A stretch of DNA of 64,000 bases, taken from assembly GCA_026770705.1 (NCBI GenBank), contig JANJGN010000031.1:930001-994000 (forward strand). Reading direction: 5' to 3'. Below, piece after piece: positions 59,508 through 64,000 of this stretch. This stretch comes from Isurus oxyrinchus. Its lineage: Eukaryota. Position numbers and translations under genes: made by a program. Position 1 is the first letter of the stretch. Every line of letters begins with the position of its first letter. The notes below the pieces were generated by a model. It saw nothing but the letters and a program-made list of their open reading frames with translations, was not told the origin of the DNA and did no database searches.

Positions 59508-62500
59508 AAGGGACCTGAAAAAATTCTGGCATTAGCACTCAAGATTTGTGCTCCAGAACTAGCCATGTCCCGAGCCATTCGCTTCCACCATAGTTACAAC
59601 ACTGGCATCTACCCGGAAATCTGAAACAGTGCCCTGTGCACAAAAAAGTATTGCAAATCCAACCTGCCTATTTACTGTTCCATCAGCCTCCTCTGGATTA
59701 TCAGTAAAGTGATGGAAAGGGTCATCAACAGTGCTTTCAAAGGCACTTGCTCAGCAGTAACCTGGTTACTGATGCTCAGCTTGGCTTCTGCTAGGGCCAT
59801 TCAGCTTCTGACCTCATTACAGCCTTGGTCCAAACATGGACAAAAGAGTTGAACTCAACAGGTGAGGAGATAGCAACTGTCCTTGACTTAAAGGCTGCAT
59901 TTGACCAAGTGTAATATCAAGGGGTCCTAGCAAAACTGGAGTCAATGGGAATCAGGGGGAAAATTTTCCATTGATTGGAATCATACCTAAATCAAAGGAA
60001 GATGGTTGTGGTTGTTGGAAGCCAATCATTCAAGGTCCAGGACATCATTGCTAGTGTCCGTTAGGGCAGTGTCCTCAGCCCAACCATCTTCAGATGCTTC
60101 ATCAATGACCAAATCCAGGCTGGAAGTTGGGGTATTCTCTGATGATTGCACAGTGTTCAGTACCATCCACAATTTCTCAGATACTGAAGCAGCCCATGTC
60201 CACATACAACAATACCTGGACATTAAATAGGCATAGGCTTCGATGTAGCAAGTCACAATCACTTTGCAGAAGTGTCCGGCAATGGGCATCTCCAACAAGA
60301 GAGAATATAACCATCAACCCCTGACATTCAGTGGTGTTACATGCTGAATCAGTCACTCTCAACATACTGGGAGTTATCATTAAACAGAAACCTAACTGAA
60401 CTAGCCATAAAAACACTGCGGCTACAAGATCAGATCAGAAGCTAGGAATCCTGCAGTAAGTAACTCACCCCCTGACTCTCCAAAGCTCATCCTCCATCCA
60501 CAAGGCACAAGTCAGGAGTATGATGGAATACTCCCTACTTGCCTCGATAAATGCAGCTCCAATAACACTCAAGATGCTCAATATGCTCTAGAACAAAGCA
60601 GCCCATTTGAATCGTAGCCCATCTACCACCTTAAACATTCAGTTTCTCCATCACTGACTCACAGTGACAGCAGTGTGTATTATCTATAAGATGCACTGCA
60701 ACAACTCACCAATGTTCCTTCAATAGCGCCTTCCAAACCCGCAACCTCTACAACCAAGATGGACTAGGGCAGTAAGGCACATGAGAGCATCACCAGCTGC
60801 AAGCCTCTGGAAGCCACACACCATCTTCACTTGAGCTATATTGCCTTCACTGTCTCTGGGTCAAATCCCTCGAACTAACTTCTGAACAGAACTGTGGGCC
60901 TACACCACATGGGCTGTGAGTTCAAGAAGGCGGCTCATCTTTTAAAGGACAATTGGGGATGGAGAATAAATGCTGGCCCAGCAGGGGTGACTACATTCCA
61001 TGAACGAATAAAAAATAGCTAACGATGGGACTTGCAGTTCAGAGTGACTTAGTGCCTAGGCAAAGAAGATGACAATTGGCCTCAAACTGATGTATGTTTA
61101 CTGAGGATGCAGGTAACAATCCCTCGTGTACAGCTTTATCTGCATGTAACCAGTTTAGGCACTTGGAACATATTTTTGGCATGCAAATCCCTTTGTTAAA
61201 CCACTGTTAGAGCAGACTGCACAATTATAATCTCCCTATACCTTTGTTAGGCTACATTTTGAGAACTGTACAATGCACTGATCTCTATACACCATGCCAT
61301 GCCATACTTGGTGCACTGCACACTGTCCTGTTCTCCACATAGCTTGGTTAGACGACCTTTTGGAACCTGGACACAGCTATGGCCTTTATATCCCTTGATT
61401 ATTCCACACTTGAGGCATTGTGCAGTCATAATCTCCATATACCTTGCTTAGACCATGTCCACGTAAACCATCATGACACTTGTCGGTAAAGGTCAAACAG
61501 GAGGAGGGCATTGTGGAACACACTGGCCTAGAGTTGATTGGACAAATGGCCTGATACTGTGTTGTAGATTCAATGCTATTGCACGTAACAAATATCAATA
61601 TATGAAACTGAGGAGGCAACTAATCTTTTGATCTCTTTCAACAGATGAAATAAGATGTCATTCGTTATCATTTAAATTGGCGAAAAAAAGAAAATCACAG
61701 GCCCATGTAGTGGCACACTGTCACTCGGAAGTGGCACTGTATCTCCACTGAAGCCTGTACACAACATGGCTGCAGGGTCTCACTCCGGTCTCATCAACTG
61801 AACTGGATTTAGGACTGAAAGTGATATGTCTGCAAAATCAGTAATCGACAAATAACACATTACTCCCACACTTCGCAATGTTCTTCAGTTTGCTGCTTTA
61901 CATATAGCATCGTGCAAGAATCAAAATGGTTAGTCTTCCGGGGAGGGATCTTAACTCAGAAGAACTCATAAAGGGATGGTCCTCTTGAATTAAATCATGC
62001 ATCACAGACTTCCGGCAGAGAAACAGCTGAAGTTGTTGAAACAGGAGGAGGCCATTCAGTTTCACTAACTTCTTACACAGGAAGGCCTTCTTGTCTTTCC
62101 CTCCTTCATCAAAGGAAATAATTCCTCATTTTCCACCTGATTATTCCTTTATTTGTGTGAAACAACACAATATGATCACCCCTTTATCTCCTATGCTCAA
62201 ATGATTATACGAAGGTGCTAGCAGTATTGGCAGGGAGATACTCTCTGGTCCACCCAGGCCTGGTTCACATGTACATCATCGATGACAATATACAAACTGC
62301 CCACCTACCCACAGTCATGGGACAGAAGGAAAAAAGAGACAGAAACTCAAACTGATTTTGGGTGTGGCATCTGAGAAATTCCTCTCCGGCTACTCTTGGA
62401 TTTCCAAAATCAGTCCAGAGCTCCCTATGACACTAATAATTCAATGTGGTATGTGCCTTTTGCAAGAGGCAGTTCTCACCCGAGTCAGAAACTTGTCGGT

Positions 62501-64000
62501 CTCTTACTTGAAAGAATTCAGATTAAAATTGATTGAATGATATGGCAGGCTGTTCCAGAGGCTCACTGATATTAAAGGAAACAGTAGCATCCTGATATCT
62601 AACCTGGACCGATACTCACCCAACTTTAGATAGTGACCCCTGATCCTACCTAACTTGGAGCCATTTGTTCAACTTGAACAGAAACTATTTCCTTCATCAC
62701 CTTGTAGACCTCCATTAGATCACCCCAAGGCTACTCTACCTGCAGACAGACTTCCAGCTCTTTCAGTCGATATCAGAATTACATGTTCATTACAGCCAAG
62801 AAAGAGCCCATTCGGCCCTTCGAGTCCATGCCTGCTTTCTGGAGAGCAGTGCAGTCTGCCACATTCTCCGCTCTATTCTGTAAATTTATTTCCCTCAAAT
62901 GACTGTCCTATTTCCTTTTCAAATCATTCATTGCCTCTGCTTACACCATCCTCGTGGGCAGTGAGTTCAAGGCCTTTCGCATTTGTTGCCCTAATAAAAG
63001 AAAGTTCTTCCTCACATATCCCTTTCGCCCCAGGCATTGTGATCATTTTGGGGTCCCAAGACCACTTGTTTCAGCAGTGAACCTGGATTTATACTTATAA
63101 ACAGAATCGGCACCAAAACCTTTGTTGCCAGGCCTCTTGTGTGGTCCATTGGTGAAAGGTTTTTGCAGTCTATGTGGAAAAGGTTTTCTTGCCTTCCCTC
63201 TTCAACAATTTTGGTTTTGTAATGGTGAACTGACTAAGGGTAGCTCCTTTGCTCATTTCTCCCCACCTCTCTGCCTGGCACTTTCCTCTTCAGTTTCTTG
63301 TAATAAACTCATCTTCAATGAGCAACATGTCTCGGGGAAACAATACATGAAGTTTTGCATTGCACTCCTGATGTGTTCTTTAAGGAAATGCAAGGATTCT
63401 TCCTGAGGGATCTACCACTTGAAAGCAGGTGCTGTTCCCCGGGTTTTTGGCTCCTCTTCCAACATCAAGGAATGTTCACTGGTTCCGCTGTTTGGCCTGG
63501 CTTGCAATATTGAGCATGGACACCTCCCTGGGCCTTTGGACACCCACAGAAGGGCAGGGATGAACTCCCCCTGAGCCTATAAATGACTTTCCTACCGTAA
63601 CCTTTGTTACTTTTTTCAAAGAAAAAGAATCCCCTTTCTGAGGCATGAAATATATTTCATTAGACATGTTTGAAGTCCATAATGCAGCTCTCTCTCTCTA
63701 TCAAACAAATCATATATTGCACACACAATAATTCTCACAAGCATTTCTCCCATTAGTGTTATCAAAATAATGGGGTTGTAGATATCCGTGTCTCTCTTGC
63801 CTTTATTTTTATAATGACTTTCACCTTCTTTGAGGCTACACTCCAGTGAGCTATCTGAATTTCAGGCAAGGCATTCGTAAAGCACTCGCACAAACCCCTG
63901 AAACTTCGTGTGGGCACCGACAGGCAGGGCTGTCCATCTATGTTCAGATTCTCAAGTTTATCTAAAAGAATATTTTCATCTATTTTAATGAAATGCAATT

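Larger units (their letters stand above)
54945..61015 (+). mobile_element. Apparently full-length family B LINE hosting nested insertions (CR1 ~55420-55710, inverted pLTR pair, CR1 ~56375-58535, GARNL3 fragment)
   Basis: tRNA/SINE-like head at 54945, endonuclease remnants, NQPWFNEECRRAC, KICAPELA, FSDDCTVFS, and the family B 3' tail ending aataaaaaa at ~61015. Confidence 0.75.

Noticed and set aside
63030-64000. Purine-rich minus-strand stretch resembling a large decayed exon
   Set aside because: Frames are broken by stops and shifts, and I recognise no homology or splice boundaries.

Overview
Eukaryotic, repeat-dense DNA, most consistent with a cartilaginous fish (shark); this is inferred from the CR1, Deu-SINE and Penelope repeat content and from the V-gene style. 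From about 33.8 kb to 55 kb the window holds part of a T-cell receptor beta (TRB) V array with seven V segments, all on the + strand. Two look intact (40897-41544 and 53075-54061): leader exon, phase-1 intron, V exon and 23-bp-spacer RSS. One is open but defective (36189-36725) and four are pseudogenes. Three of the seven resemble the divergent mammalian TRBV30/TRBV31 type. I found no D, J, C or trypsinogen exons. The rest is nested CR1-type LINEs of two families, a Penelope element with hammerhead-ribozyme motifs, Deu-domain SINEs, micro- and minisatellites and a ~2.3-kb tandem duplication. The most unusual observations are: (1) a GARNL3 intron-exon-U12-donor fragment inside a LINE; (2) a non-CpG-depleted ~275-bp insert with two open frames inside a CR1, possibly viral; (3) a minisatellite that grew out of the CDR1 of a V pseudogene; (4) lesions located at V coding-end/heptamer borders, which could be germline RAG footprints. 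All family assignments come from recognising motifs by eye; no search was run.
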